Source: Methanobacteriota archaeon
GTDB taxonomy: Archaea > Thermoplasmatota > Poseidoniia > Poseidoniales > Poseidoniaceae
Assembly (NCBI GenBank): GCA_002722695.1
Contig: PBMS01000046.1
Span: 1 to 63,118 of the forward strand
Direction of reading: 5' to 3'
DNA length: 63,118 nucleotides
The notes under the pieces are model-generated. The model had not been told where the DNA came from. It worked only from the letters and a program-made list of their open reading frames with translations, and searched no databases. This document shows, one piece after another, positions 1 through 8,221 of this stretch; the first letter of the stretch is position 1, and each line of letters starts with the position of its first letter. The position numbers and the translations under genes are program-made.

Positions 1-56
1 CCATGCACGAGATTTCCAAGGTCGAATGACGGTAAAATGTCGTCGATTTTCTTCAT
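1..56 (-). CDS. 5' end of an unidentified CDS running off the left edge (MKKIDDILPSFDLGNLVH...)
   Basis: The reverse complement of nt 56-3 reads ATG AAG AAA ATC GAC GAC ATT TTA CCG TCA TTC GAC CTT GGA AAT CTC GTG CAT with no stop. An AT-rich TATA-like tract lies about 30 nt upstream on that strand. At 18 codons it is too short to identify. Confidence 0.25.
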   Translation of the reverse strand, partial: MKKIDDILPSFDLGNLVH

Positions 57-84
57 TGAATCGAAGTTTGTGGACGGTCAGTCT

Positions 85-130
85 CCGTTTTATGCATATT
101 TAGTACCTAATATGCTTATTGAATAAACCG
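85..130. promoter_or_regulatory. AT-rich divergent intergenic tract with tandem TATGC(A/T)TATT boxes
   Basis: This is the only strongly AT-rich stretch at this end of the window. TATGCATATT (91-100) and TATGCTTATT (111-120) repeat with a 20-nt period. On the minus strand it reads AATATGCATAAAA about 30 nt upstream of the ATG at nt 56. Confidence 0.3.
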
Positions 131-216
131 TTCAACTTTCTCTTTGAGCAACCGACGCACGATGCACCTCCAACCCCAATGTGCACCGAGGTTGGCTCAA
201 CCCCCGTCATACACAT

Positions 217-226
217 CCTCATAAGC
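217..226 (+). promoter_or_regulatory. candidate TATA box (CCTCATAAGC) for the decarboxylase gene
   Basis: CCTCATAAGC is centred about 33 nt upstream of the ATG at 255, which would give a near-leaderless mRNA. The same decamer core recurs upstream of two other genes (29397, 52238). Confidence 0.3.
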
Positions 227-254
227 GGGATGCGGGCAACGCCGTTTGAGGCCC

Positions 255-1670
255 ATGGAGACCGCTGCCTTCATCGATGAAGTCGCAACACGGCTGGTGG
301 ACTACCTCGAATCCAAAGACCCCAACGAGCGGGTCAACCCATCCAGAAGCCTCGCGAGCATGCGCAGAACCCTTGACCTCCAGCTGCCGCTTGAGGGACA
401 CGGGATGGATGCCGTTTTGGACGACTTGGACGCGTTCATCGCAAACAGCGTCAAAACCCACCGACCCGAATTCATGAACCCCTTGTGGGGCGGCTTGACG
501 CTCCCTGCGCTGGCCGGGGAAATTGTTGCCTCCATGACGAACAACTCAATGTACACTTACGAGCTGTCGCCCATCGCTACGGTTATTGAACAGACGGTTG
601 TCAAACGAATGTGCGAAATGGTGGGCTTCCCCGATGGATTTGGTACGTTCACCACCGGTGGTTCAAACGGAAACATGCTCGGGATGCTGTGCGCTCGTGA
701 GCACTTGATTTCAGGTTCCACAAAAAATGGCTTTGACGGTCGGTCAACGGTGATCTTCGTTTCTGCAGAAGCGCACTATTCGGTCCTCATGGCGGCCAAC
801 GTCATCGGCATTGGCCATCAAAACATCATCAAGGTCCAATGCGATGAACACGGGCGGATGGACCCCGACAGGCTCCAGGAGGAAATTGCCTTTGCACGCC
901 AGGAAGGCATGCGCCCGTTGTGCATCGTGGCCACAGCTGCAACAACCGTCCGTGGTGCTTACGACGACCTAGAAGCACTTTCGGACATCGCCCACCGGGA
1001 AGGTCTGTGGCTTCACGTCGATGCGGCTTGGGGCGGCACGTGCTTGTTCTCGAACAGGCATCGCACATTGATGGACGGTGTGGACAAGGCCGACAGTGTT
1101 TGTTGGGATGCGCACAAAATGATGGGGGTGCCGCTGATATGCAGTGCGTTTTTGGTGAAGAAACCCGAGGTGCTTCGGAGACTCTGCGATCACACCAACG
1201 TGGCGCACTACCTGTTTCACGCCGACGCTGAACTTGACGACCTCGGTCGCTACTCGCTCCAGTGCGCCCGACGAAACGATGCTCTGAAATTGTGGCTCGA
1301 TTGGCGTGCGCGGGGCGATGCAGGGTGGGCCCGAATGGTGGACGAGCGCATGGCAGACGCCGACCACCTCCAACAAAACATCGAGGACCACCCCTCGCTT
1401 GAGATGATGTCCAGCCGCATGTGGACCAACGTCTGCTTCCGATACACGGTCGACGATGACGACGTGGACTTAAACGACCTCAACACCGACCTACGCAACC
1501 GATTGATTCAGGAGGGGTCGTTTATGGTGAGTCGTTCCAACATTGGAGACGACGTTGTGCTTCGAATGATCGTCGCCAACCAAAACCTCGACCGGGATAC
1601 ACTCGATCGATTCTTGGCCCGTGTGGTCCATCACGGCCAGGAAATCTTACGCGGTCTCCCAGCAGCCTGA
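255..1670 (+). CDS. group II PLP-dependent amino-acid decarboxylase (GAD/CSAD-like)
   Basis: Group II decarboxylase pattern: NPLWGG...ALAGE..AS..N.SMYTYE.SP, TTGGSNGNMLGM, and the PLP-lysine motif DAHKMMGVP. The track ORF starts at a TTG (246), and the first ATG is at 255. Confidence 0.85.
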   Translation: METAAFIDEVATRLVDYLESKDPNERVNPSRSLASMRRTLDLQLPLEGHGMDAVLDDLDAFIANSVKTHRPEFMNPLWGGLTLPALAGEIVASMTNNSMYTYELSPIATVIEQTVVKRMCEMVGFPDGFGTFTTGGSNGNMLGMLCAREHLISGSTKNGFDGRSTVIFVSAEAHYSVLMAANVIGIGHQNIIKVQCDEHGRMDPDRLQEEIAFARQEGMRPLCIVATAATTVRGAYDDLEALSDIAHREGLWLHVDAAWGGTCLFSNRHRTLMDGVDKADSVCWDAHKMMGVPLICSAFLVKKPEVLRRLCDHTNVAHYLFHADAELDDLGRYSLQCARRNDALKLWLDWRARGDAGWARMVDERMADADHLQQNIEDHPSLEMMSSRMWTNVCFRYTVDDDDVDLNDLNTDLRNRLIQEGSFMVSRSNIGDDVVLRMIVANQNLDRDTLDRFLARVVHHGQEILRGLPAA

Positions 1671-1684
1671 CGAATTCATGACGG

Positions 1685-2836
1685 ATGTTTATTGAGCGCG
1701 TTGCCCATCCTGAGCCCATGAGCGACCACCCACCGGTACGGACAGCGTTGTACGAGGAGCATTTGGCGTTGAACGCCAACATGGTTGATTTTCACGGTTT
1801 TGAGCTCCCCATTTGGTACTCCAACATCAAAGAAGAGCACCTCGCGACTCGGTCGGGAGCGGGTCTGTTTGACGTGTCCCACATGGGTTCGTTTCGATTC
1901 AGCGGTGATGGCGTCCGCACGTGGCTGGAGACCATCGCAACGCAGCGCATCACCTCCATCGCACCGTCGCGATGTGCGTACACACATTTCCTTGATGCTG
2001 ACGGTTGTCTCATCGACGACATGATCTTTGCAGTCGTGAGTGAGCATGAAATTCTTGGCGTTCCCAACGCCTCAATGATCGACGTGATGTGGTCCTGGTT
2101 CACCCAACACCTTCCCACCGACGGGTCGGTTTCCATGGAGAACCTCTCCGACCAAACGTCCATCATGGCCCTTCAGGGCCCTGGCGCCCGAGATGTTCTC
2201 GATGCGGCCATGGGTGATGGCCAACACGTTGGCCGATTCAAATGGCGAGCTCTGACCGACAACGACCTCAAAACCACGGGGTGGATTCAAGGAACGGGCT
2301 ACACGGGTGAGCCGGGTTACGAAATCTTCGTGCCCAACGATGATGCGCCAACACTGTGGCGAGCGCTGGTGGAGCACGGAGCCACTCCCATTGGTCTTGG
2401 TGCTCGGGACACACTTCGACTGGAAAAGGGGTACTTGCTCTCTGGCGTGGACTTTTGCTCACCCTCGCTGGCCCCGGCGGAAGACGACGGATTCTTGGCT
2501 CGGGACTCTTGGGAAACCAACGTACCGTTTGGACTGGATTTGGACCACGATTTCATCGGAAAGCATCGAGTGGTCAGTCATGCTGAGACCGACGAGCGAT
2601 GGTGGGGCATCAAGTATCTGGAGAAAGGCCCACTGCCGCGCCCTGGAAAATCCGTGACCTCCCCTGAGGGCGTTCCGATCGGTCGACTCTCGTCGGGTGC
2701 TCCCTCCCCAAGCCTGGGCAACATCGGCATCGGCTTGGGCTATTTGGCTGGAGTGAGCGAAGGCGATGAAGTCATGGTTGTTGCAAGTCCCCGTAAATCG
2801 GTCAGGGCCGTGGTTGTCCGGCCACCGTTCTACTGA
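1685..2836 (+). CDS. gcvT: glycine cleavage system T protein (aminomethyltransferase)
   Basis: RTALYEEHLALNANMVDFHGFELPIWYS...EHLATRSGAGLFDVSHMG is the canonical GcvT N-terminus, and the length is right. An alternative start is the ATG at 1718 (MSDHPP...). Confidence 0.9.
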   Translation: MFIERVAHPEPMSDHPPVRTALYEEHLALNANMVDFHGFELPIWYSNIKEEHLATRSGAGLFDVSHMGSFRFSGDGVRTWLETIATQRITSIAPSRCAYTHFLDADGCLIDDMIFAVVSEHEILGVPNASMIDVMWSWFTQHLPTDGSVSMENLSDQTSIMALQGPGARDVLDAAMGDGQHVGRFKWRALTDNDLKTTGWIQGTGYTGEPGYEIFVPNDDAPTLWRALVEHGATPIGLGARDTLRLEKGYLLSGVDFCSPSLAPAEDDGFLARDSWETNVPFGLDLDHDFIGKHRVVSHAETDERWWGIKYLEKGPLPRPGKSVTSPEGVPIGRLSSGAPSPSLGNIGIGLGYLAGVSEGDEVMVVASPRKSVRAVVVRPPFY

Positions 2837-3978
2837 AGGTTCACGAACACCGGCTTCATGGCGGCCAACCAGCGCTGGTGCTCTCGTTCCCCAGTTGCCC
2901 GCAACTCGACGGAGGCGTCACGCATGGAGCGCAAGGCTTGGCCCACCGCTTCGGGTTCGCCCCACGGTGCACTCGCTCCAATGCGTTCATCCTCAACGAG
3001 GTCCGCCATCAAGCAGTCAGCGTTCACCACGCTCGGCACGCCCCGAGACGCTGCGTCGAAGACCTTGACGGGCAACGCACCTTGCACGATGTTGCCCCTG
3101 AGCGGTGAATACATGGCGTACATGACGTCAACACTCTCCAGCAGCTCGGGCAGTTCATGTTGCGAGAAGGCGCCGGTCACCTCGGCCTCGAGCGCTCCTT
3201 CCTCGACCTCATGCATCAACAGTGCCCGAACTCGTGCCGCGGCCGTTCCGTCGCCCGCAACCCGTATGTTGGGCCGTTCAAAGGCGGGGAGGGTCTTTAC
3301 GGCCTCCACGAGGAGTTCGAACGATTTGATGTCTCGGACTCGACCGATGTAGCCCACCGTCCAAGCCTCAACGGGGGTTTGCTTGGGTGTTCCAAACGGG
3401 GGCATCGGGCGGTTTTCAACGACTTTACTGTCCAACCCATGATGCGTCAACCACTCCACGAAGCCTCGGTGTCCATCGGAGCGAACCTGTTCGCTGGAAG
3501 CGATGATCACCTCCGCCTGTCGGGCCCGAGATAGCATTTGCTTTTTCATCCGTCCACTGACCGCTTTGCGCAGTGCGGATTGGGGTGAATCGAACCGGAC
3601 CCAAGTGTGCTGGAGGTCATGCATGTCAAAAACGAACGGCACACCGAGGCGCGATTTGAGCTCGCTTCCCACTCGCAGTGTGTCTGCATCATGGCAGTAC
3701 ACCAAACCAGGTGGTTCGTTGAGGAGCGTTCGCACGACGGTGCGCTGGAAACGACGAATCCCTCGATAGGTGCCAATCGTTCCGCCGTAAGCCACCTTTC
3801 CAACTCGGTACCGCATGATGCGAACACCCCGATGGTTTTCGCTCATCGGGTGATGTTCTTTGCGATCAAAAGCGTGCACGGTGACACGGAAACCGGCTTG
3901 TTGCATCCAGACGGCGTGGCGCAGAACACGCGGGTCCGGAGCGCACGCGTTGGTCACCACCATCGCCACTCGGACCAT
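2830..3978 (-). CDS. GT-B fold glycosyltransferase (GT4 / glycosyl transferase group 1-like)
   Basis: N-terminal MVRVAMVVTNA... Rossmann start and a C-terminal half with the G(Y)IGR...K....L.EA pattern and ...VFDAASRGVPSVV (E/x7E-region-like). The gene is antisense to the surrounding gcv genes. Its 3' end overlaps the gcvT stop by 7 nt. Confidence 0.75.
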   Translation of the reverse strand: MVRVAMVVTNACAPDPRVLRHAVWMQQAGFRVTVHAFDRKEHHPMSENHRGVRIMRYRVGKVAYGGTIGTYRGIRRFQRTVVRTLLNEPPGLVYCHDADTLRVGSELKSRLGVPFVFDMHDLQHTWVRFDSPQSALRKAVSGRMKKQMLSRARQAEVIIASSEQVRSDGHRGFVEWLTHHGLDSKVVENRPMPPFGTPKQTPVEAWTVGYIGRVRDIKSFELLVEAVKTLPAFERPNIRVAGDGTAAARVRALLMHEVEEGALEAEVTGAFSQHELPELLESVDVMYAMYSPLRGNIVQGALPVKVFDAASRGVPSVVNADCLMADLVEDERIGASAPWGEPEAVGQALRSMRDASVELRATGEREHQRWLAAMKPVFVNLQ

Positions 3979-4090
3979 GGTTCACGGAGGAGACATTGGA
4001 ACATAGGCTGTTCCCTCTTTCCAAGTGTAACGAAGCAATGGATTATGAGCGTCGCGCGTATCGTTTTCTCCGACCCCAGCGAGGGGGAGC

Positions 4091-5473
4091 GTGAACGACG
4101 TGGTTGACCAACTGCCGAACAGAGGCCGAGAGGCAGAAATGTTGCTGGAAATGGGACTCGATTCCATGGAAGATTTGTTCTCGGATATTCCGGAGGATGT
4201 GCGCTTCAATGGCGACCTTCCACTGCCCGGTCCCCAATCTGAAGAGGAGATCATCAGCGATGCTCGTCGTCTGCTGGGCGCCAACATCGACATGGGAAGC
4301 CGCCCCTCTTTCCTGGGAGCGGGCTTGTACCGAAATTACGTCCCCGCCGCTGTCTTCCAACTCGTTACGCGGGGCGAATTCCTCACCGCCTACACGCCGT
4401 ATCAGCCGGAGGTGAGTCAGGGCATGCTCCAGGCCATGTGGGAATTCCAAACGCTGATCTCCGAACTCGTCGGTCTGCCCATCGCCAACCTATCCCTTTA
4501 CGACGGTTCCACTGCAGCCGCCGAGGCGTTGACCTGCGCCGTGCGTGTCCACAACCGAAAAGCCAGCCAACCCAACACGGTGTACGTGTCTGCTTTGACC
4601 CCACCCGACAAACTCTCCGTCATGCACAACTACTGCCAAGGAGCTGAGATCGAGATTCGCACTCTGGCACACAACGCCGACGGGACCCTCGACCTTGAGG
4701 CTCTCAACGAAGCGGCCGGATCCTGCGGTGTTTATCTCGAACAACCCAATCCGTTGGGTGTTTTGGACGAGGGACTGACCACCGTGAAATCGATCATCGG
4801 CGATCACACAGCGCTCATCGTTGGTGTACAACCCGTGTCGTTGGGCGTCGTTGAAGCCCCTGGCCATTACGGCGCCGACATCGTGGTGGGCGAGGGTCAG
4901 CCGTTGGGCAGCCCCGTCACCGGCGGCGGCCCGTTGTACGGCATCTTTGCGTGTTCCAAACCGTACCTGCGCCTGATGCCCGGACGCATTGTTGGTCGAA
5001 GCATCGACGTCGACGGGAAAGAGGCCTACTGCCTGACCCTTTCAACCCGAGAACAGCACATCCGGCGGCATCGCGCAACGTCCAACATCTGCACCAACGA
5101 GACGCTCATCGCCCTCATGGGCGCCATGCACATGGCGCTCCTGGGTCCTGACGGGCTCAGAGACCTTGCAAACCGAAACATGATGGCGTGCCAGAGGGCC
5201 AAGGAAGTCCTCTCAGCCACACCCGGGGTTCGCTTGGTCCACGACGCACCTCATTTCAACGAATTTGTCATTGAAGTTCAGGGTTCAGCAGCCCAGTGCC
5301 TGGCTTATCTCGACAGCAACGGCATCATCGGGGGCTTGGACATGAGCCGCTGGTACGAGGAAGCCACCAGCCAAATTTTGATCACCACAACCGACCAAAC
5401 CACGCTGGCAGACATTGAGTCGCTTTCGGCTCAATTGGCGTTGTGGTCGACCCACATGGAGGTGCTCGCATGA
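4091..5473 (+). CDS. gcvPA: glycine dehydrogenase (decarboxylating) subunit 1
   Basis: EMLLEMGLDSMEDLFSDIPEDVRF, FLGAGLYRNYVPAAV and TAYTPYQPEVSQGMLQAMWEFQT are diagnostic P-protein alpha-subunit motifs. It has a GTG start preceded by the GAGGGGGAG SD. Confidence 0.92.
   Translation: MNDVVDQLPNRGREAEMLLEMGLDSMEDLFSDIPEDVRFNGDLPLPGPQSEEEIISDARRLLGANIDMGSRPSFLGAGLYRNYVPAAVFQLVTRGEFLTAYTPYQPEVSQGMLQAMWEFQTLISELVGLPIANLSLYDGSTAAAEALTCAVRVHNRKASQPNTVYVSALTPPDKLSVMHNYCQGAEIEIRTLAHNADGTLDLEALNEAAGSCGVYLEQPNPLGVLDEGLTTVKSIIGDHTALIVGVQPVSLGVVEAPGHYGADIVVGEGQPLGSPVTGGGPLYGIFACSKPYLRLMPGRIVGRSIDVDGKEAYCLTLSTREQHIRRHRATSNICTNETLIALMGAMHMALLGPDGLRDLANRNMMACQRAKEVLSATPGVRLVHDAPHFNEFVIEVQGSAAQCLAYLDSNGIIGGLDMSRWYEEATSQILITTTDQTTLADIESLSAQLALWSTHMEVLA
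5458..5464 (+). promoter_or_regulatory. Shine-Dalgarno GGAGGTG for gcvPB
   Basis: GGAGGTG lies 5 nt upstream of the ATG at 5470, inside the 3' end of gcvPA. The ATG overlaps the gcvPA TGA (ATGA). Confidence 0.6.
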
Positions 5474-6969
5474 GTCGTTTGTTTGAGCACAACGGAGCCG
5501 TGAACACCGGCTACAGCCAACCCACGCCCATCCAATGCGAATCACCACCCGCCGTTCCTGCAGGACTGGTGCGCAACCGAGCTGCACGATGGCCACGCCT
5601 CTCCGAGCCGGAAATGGTACGCCATTTCACCTGGCTGTCCAAGCGCAATTTCGGAATCGACACGGGGTTCTATCCGTTGGGGTCGTGCACAATGAAACAC
5701 AACCCTCGGGTCAACGAAGTCATTGCGCAACTCCCGGGAATCGCAGACATTCATCCTCACCAACCAGAGCATCACCTTCAGGGGTTGTTGTCCATTTTCT
5801 ACGAGATGCAGCACATGTTGGAAGTCTGTGCTGGAATGGACCAAGTCACGCTTCAGCCCGTGGCCGGTGCGCAAGGAGAATTCACCGCCGTGCGCTGCAT
5901 TCAGGAATACTTCCGCCATCGAGGCGAAGCGCAACGAACCAAGGTCATCGTTCCTGACTCCGCCCACGGAACCAACCCTGCGAGCGCCGCGATGTCCGGC
6001 TTTGAAATCGTGGAAATCCCCAGTTTGGAAGACGGGCGAATGGACCTTGATGCCCTTGCCGCCGTCGCCGACGAGACGACTGCGGCGATGATGATCACCA
6101 ACCCCAACACGCTGGGTCTTTTCGAAGCGGACATCAAAGCCGCCAGTGAAATCGTGCACCAAGCGGGCGGGCAGATGTACTACGACGGTGCCAACTTCAA
6201 CGCCATCTTGGGCATCACATCGCCCGGTCTTATGGGCTTCGATGCTGTTCACTTCAATCTGCACAAGACGTTTTCACAACCGCACGGTGGCGGAGGGCCC
6301 GGTTCCGGTCCCATCGGCGTCAAAGCCCATCTGGCACCGTTCCTGCCCGGACCACTGGCTGCTCGAAGGCCGGCCTCTTCGGGTGAATTGGCTCAAGCCG
6401 TTGATGAGCACTGGTACCATTGGGAGCAACCCAAACACAGCATAGGAAAAGTCCAGCAGTGGCACGGAAACGCCGGGGCCGTCATTCGATGCTGGGCGTA
6501 TTACCGACGATACGGATCGGGTCTCAAGGCGATGTCCGAACACGCCGTTCTCAACGCCAATTATTTGCGCCACGCCATTCATAGAGAGGCCAAGAAAGCT
6601 GGTGTTGACCACCTGTTTGTGGACGGTGCAGAAACGGACGTTGCCAAGCACGAGTTTACTTTGTCCATGCAACCCGCCAAAGAGGCGCTCGGTGTCTCGG
6701 CGATGGACGTTGCAAAGGGGTTGTTGGATCGAGGGTACATGGCGCCGACGGTTTACTTCCCACTGGTCGTTCCTGAGTGCATGATGATCGAGCCGACCGA
6801 AACCGAGTCAAAGGACACGTTGGACACCTTCGCTGAGCACTTCGCTCAAGTCCTCAAGACCGATGCTGAAGCACTGCACGAGGCTCCCACCACGACCCCC
6901 GTGCGGCGGGTGGATGAGGTCTACGCCGCACGCAACCTTTGCCTGCGTCATCCGTACGAGGAAGCCTGA
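5470..6969 (+). CDS. gcvPB: glycine dehydrogenase (decarboxylating) subunit 2
   Basis: PRLSEPEMVRHFTWLSKRNFGIDTGFYPLGSCTMKHNP, SAHGTNPASA and HFNLHKTFSQPHGGGGPG (PLP lysine) are all present. The start was trimmed from the track GTG 5443 to ATG 5470, based on the ATGA overlap with gcvPA and the strong SD. Confidence 0.92.
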   Translation: MSRLFEHNGAVNTGYSQPTPIQCESPPAVPAGLVRNRAARWPRLSEPEMVRHFTWLSKRNFGIDTGFYPLGSCTMKHNPRVNEVIAQLPGIADIHPHQPEHHLQGLLSIFYEMQHMLEVCAGMDQVTLQPVAGAQGEFTAVRCIQEYFRHRGEAQRTKVIVPDSAHGTNPASAAMSGFEIVEIPSLEDGRMDLDALAAVADETTAAMMITNPNTLGLFEADIKAASEIVHQAGGQMYYDGANFNAILGITSPGLMGFDAVHFNLHKTFSQPHGGGGPGSGPIGVKAHLAPFLPGPLAARRPASSGELAQAVDEHWYHWEQPKHSIGKVQQWHGNAGAVIRCWAYYRRYGSGLKAMSEHAVLNANYLRHAIHREAKKAGVDHLFVDGAETDVAKHEFTLSMQPAKEALGVSAMDVAKGLLDRGYMAPTVYFPLVVPECMMIEPTETESKDTLDTFAEHFAQVLKTDAEALHEAPTTTPVRRVDEVYAARNLCLRHPYEEA

Positions 6970-7009
6970 AGTCAGGAAGGATTATTCCGAAACTGTTCGA
7001 GGGCATCTT

Positions 7010-7678
7010 GTGGAAGAACCACCGGCCCCCTGGACCGAAGTCGAGGTTGAAGCCCAGTACACCGTGACGCTGTTCGCCTTTTCGTGGGCATTGCTCCCTG
7101 TGATGTTCATGTTGATGATGACGGTGTTCGACCGTTACGAGAACCACCGGCTTCCTCTCGCAGCTGCTGCCTTGTTGATGCTCGTGCTGGCGTTTGTCAG
7201 CGGGGTCGGCCAGCGTCGATCGGCGTGGTCCGAAGGGCGTGTTCAACTCGCCACAGCATCCCTCGTTGGCGCGGCAGCCAGTCTGGGTCTGGTCTGGGGT
7301 CTGAATCTTGTTGAATGGTGGTGGGTGCCCTACGGTTTGGTGTTTGGAAGTGTAGCGACGATGTTTGTTGCGTTGAATCGTTTGGCATCGTGCACAACCC
7401 CCACCATCCGGTGCGCTTGGCCGGCTCAATCCCGCCTGCCGATGACAGCCTTTGATGGATGGCGAATCCACCACGGCGCATGGACCAACGGCACCATGGG
7501 CAACAACCACCTTTCCGACGGAACGATTCTCACGCTTTTCGGCCAGGTGGACAACGACGCCACGTACCTCTGCATTGACCGGTTGTGCCCTGTGGAACTC
7601 CGTCCAAAATGGGACGCTCTCGGGGTTGATTTCGGTCAACTTGCCATCGTCTCAAACGCGCTCGACGGCGAGGAATGA
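7010..7678 (+). CDS. hypothetical polytopic membrane protein
   Basis: Four hydrophobic helices (FAFSWALLPVMFMLMMTVF, LAAAALLMLVLAFVSGV, LVGAAASLGLVWGL, WWWVPYGLVFGSVATMFVAL) are followed by a soluble tail of about 100 aa. The track ORF (6863) overlaps gcvPB by 107 nt, and the GTG at 7010 is the first in-frame start after the gcvPB stop. The start is uncertain. Its stop overlaps an ATG at 7675 (ATGA). Confidence 0.5.
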   Translation: MEEPPAPWTEVEVEAQYTVTLFAFSWALLPVMFMLMMTVFDRYENHRLPLAAAALLMLVLAFVSGVGQRRSAWSEGRVQLATASLVGAAASLGLVWGLNLVEWWWVPYGLVFGSVATMFVALNRLASCTTPTIRCAWPAQSRLPMTAFDGWRIHHGAWTNGTMGNNHLSDGTILTLFGQVDNDATYLCIDRLCPVELRPKWDALGVDFGQLAIVSNALDGEE

Positions 7679-7734
7679 GGTCCGGACGGCCATTGGTTGA
7701 ATCAGTCATCATAAAGAACCATCCGCGACGGCGG

Positions 7735-8220
7735 ATGGCCATGGATGTAACCATTTTGTTGGGGTCCTCTTCTGACCTACCCATCGCCCAAAAATGCACG
7801 AAAATTTTGGAACATTTCGATGTTCCTTACCAGCTCCGAGTCGCCTCGGCACATCGCTCTCCTAAATTCGTTGAGCAAATCGTGGGCGACGCACTTGATG
7901 ATGGCTGTTCCGTGTTTATCGCCATGGCCGGTTTGGCCGCCGCCCTTCCCGGGGCGGTCGCAGCGTTGACCACCAAGCCGGTCATCGGTGTTCCGTGTGG
8001 CGGCCGTGTTCCCTACGACTCCCTCCTGTCCATCGCTCAGCTCCCACCCGGCGTTCCCGCCGCCACCGTTGGTGTCGACCGAGGGGACAACGCAGGCTAC
8101 CTTGCTGTCCAAATGCTCGCCCTTTCCAATGCAAAGTACGCTTCCGCCCTGGAGCAAAACAAACTCGATCAAATTGACCGCGTAAAGGCCCAAGACAAAG
8201 AAGTCAACGGCGGTGCCTGA
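7735..8220 (+). CDS. purE: N5-carboxyaminoimidazole ribonucleotide mutase (class I PurE)
   Basis: MAMDVTILLGSSSDLP...ASAHRSPKF...AMAGLAAALPGAVAALTTKPVIGVP matches the PurE pattern (SAHR = class I). The upstream ATG at 7675 would add 20 non-conserved residues, so either start is possible. Confidence 0.88.
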   Translation: MAMDVTILLGSSSDLPIAQKCTKILEHFDVPYQLRVASAHRSPKFVEQIVGDALDDGCSVFIAMAGLAAALPGAVAALTTKPVIGVPCGGRVPYDSLLSIAQLPPGVPAATVGVDRGDNAGYLAVQMLALSNAKYASALEQNKLDQIDRVKAQDKEVNGGA

Positions 8221-8221
8221 G

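Noticed and set aside
6854-7639. 261-aa minus-strand ORF opposite the membrane-protein gene
   Set aside because: It has the shadow-ORF composition typical of antisense frames in GC-rich DNA (R, H, P and G rich with no hydrophobic periodicity). The plus-strand frame gives clean TM helices.
7675-7734. Using the ATG at 7675 (ATGA overlap) as the purE start
   Set aside because: The 20 extra residues (MRSGRPLVESVIIKNHPRRR) are not PurE-like, and the conserved N-terminus begins at MAMDVTILLGSSSD (7735). This is not fully excluded and is noted in the feature and in a finding.
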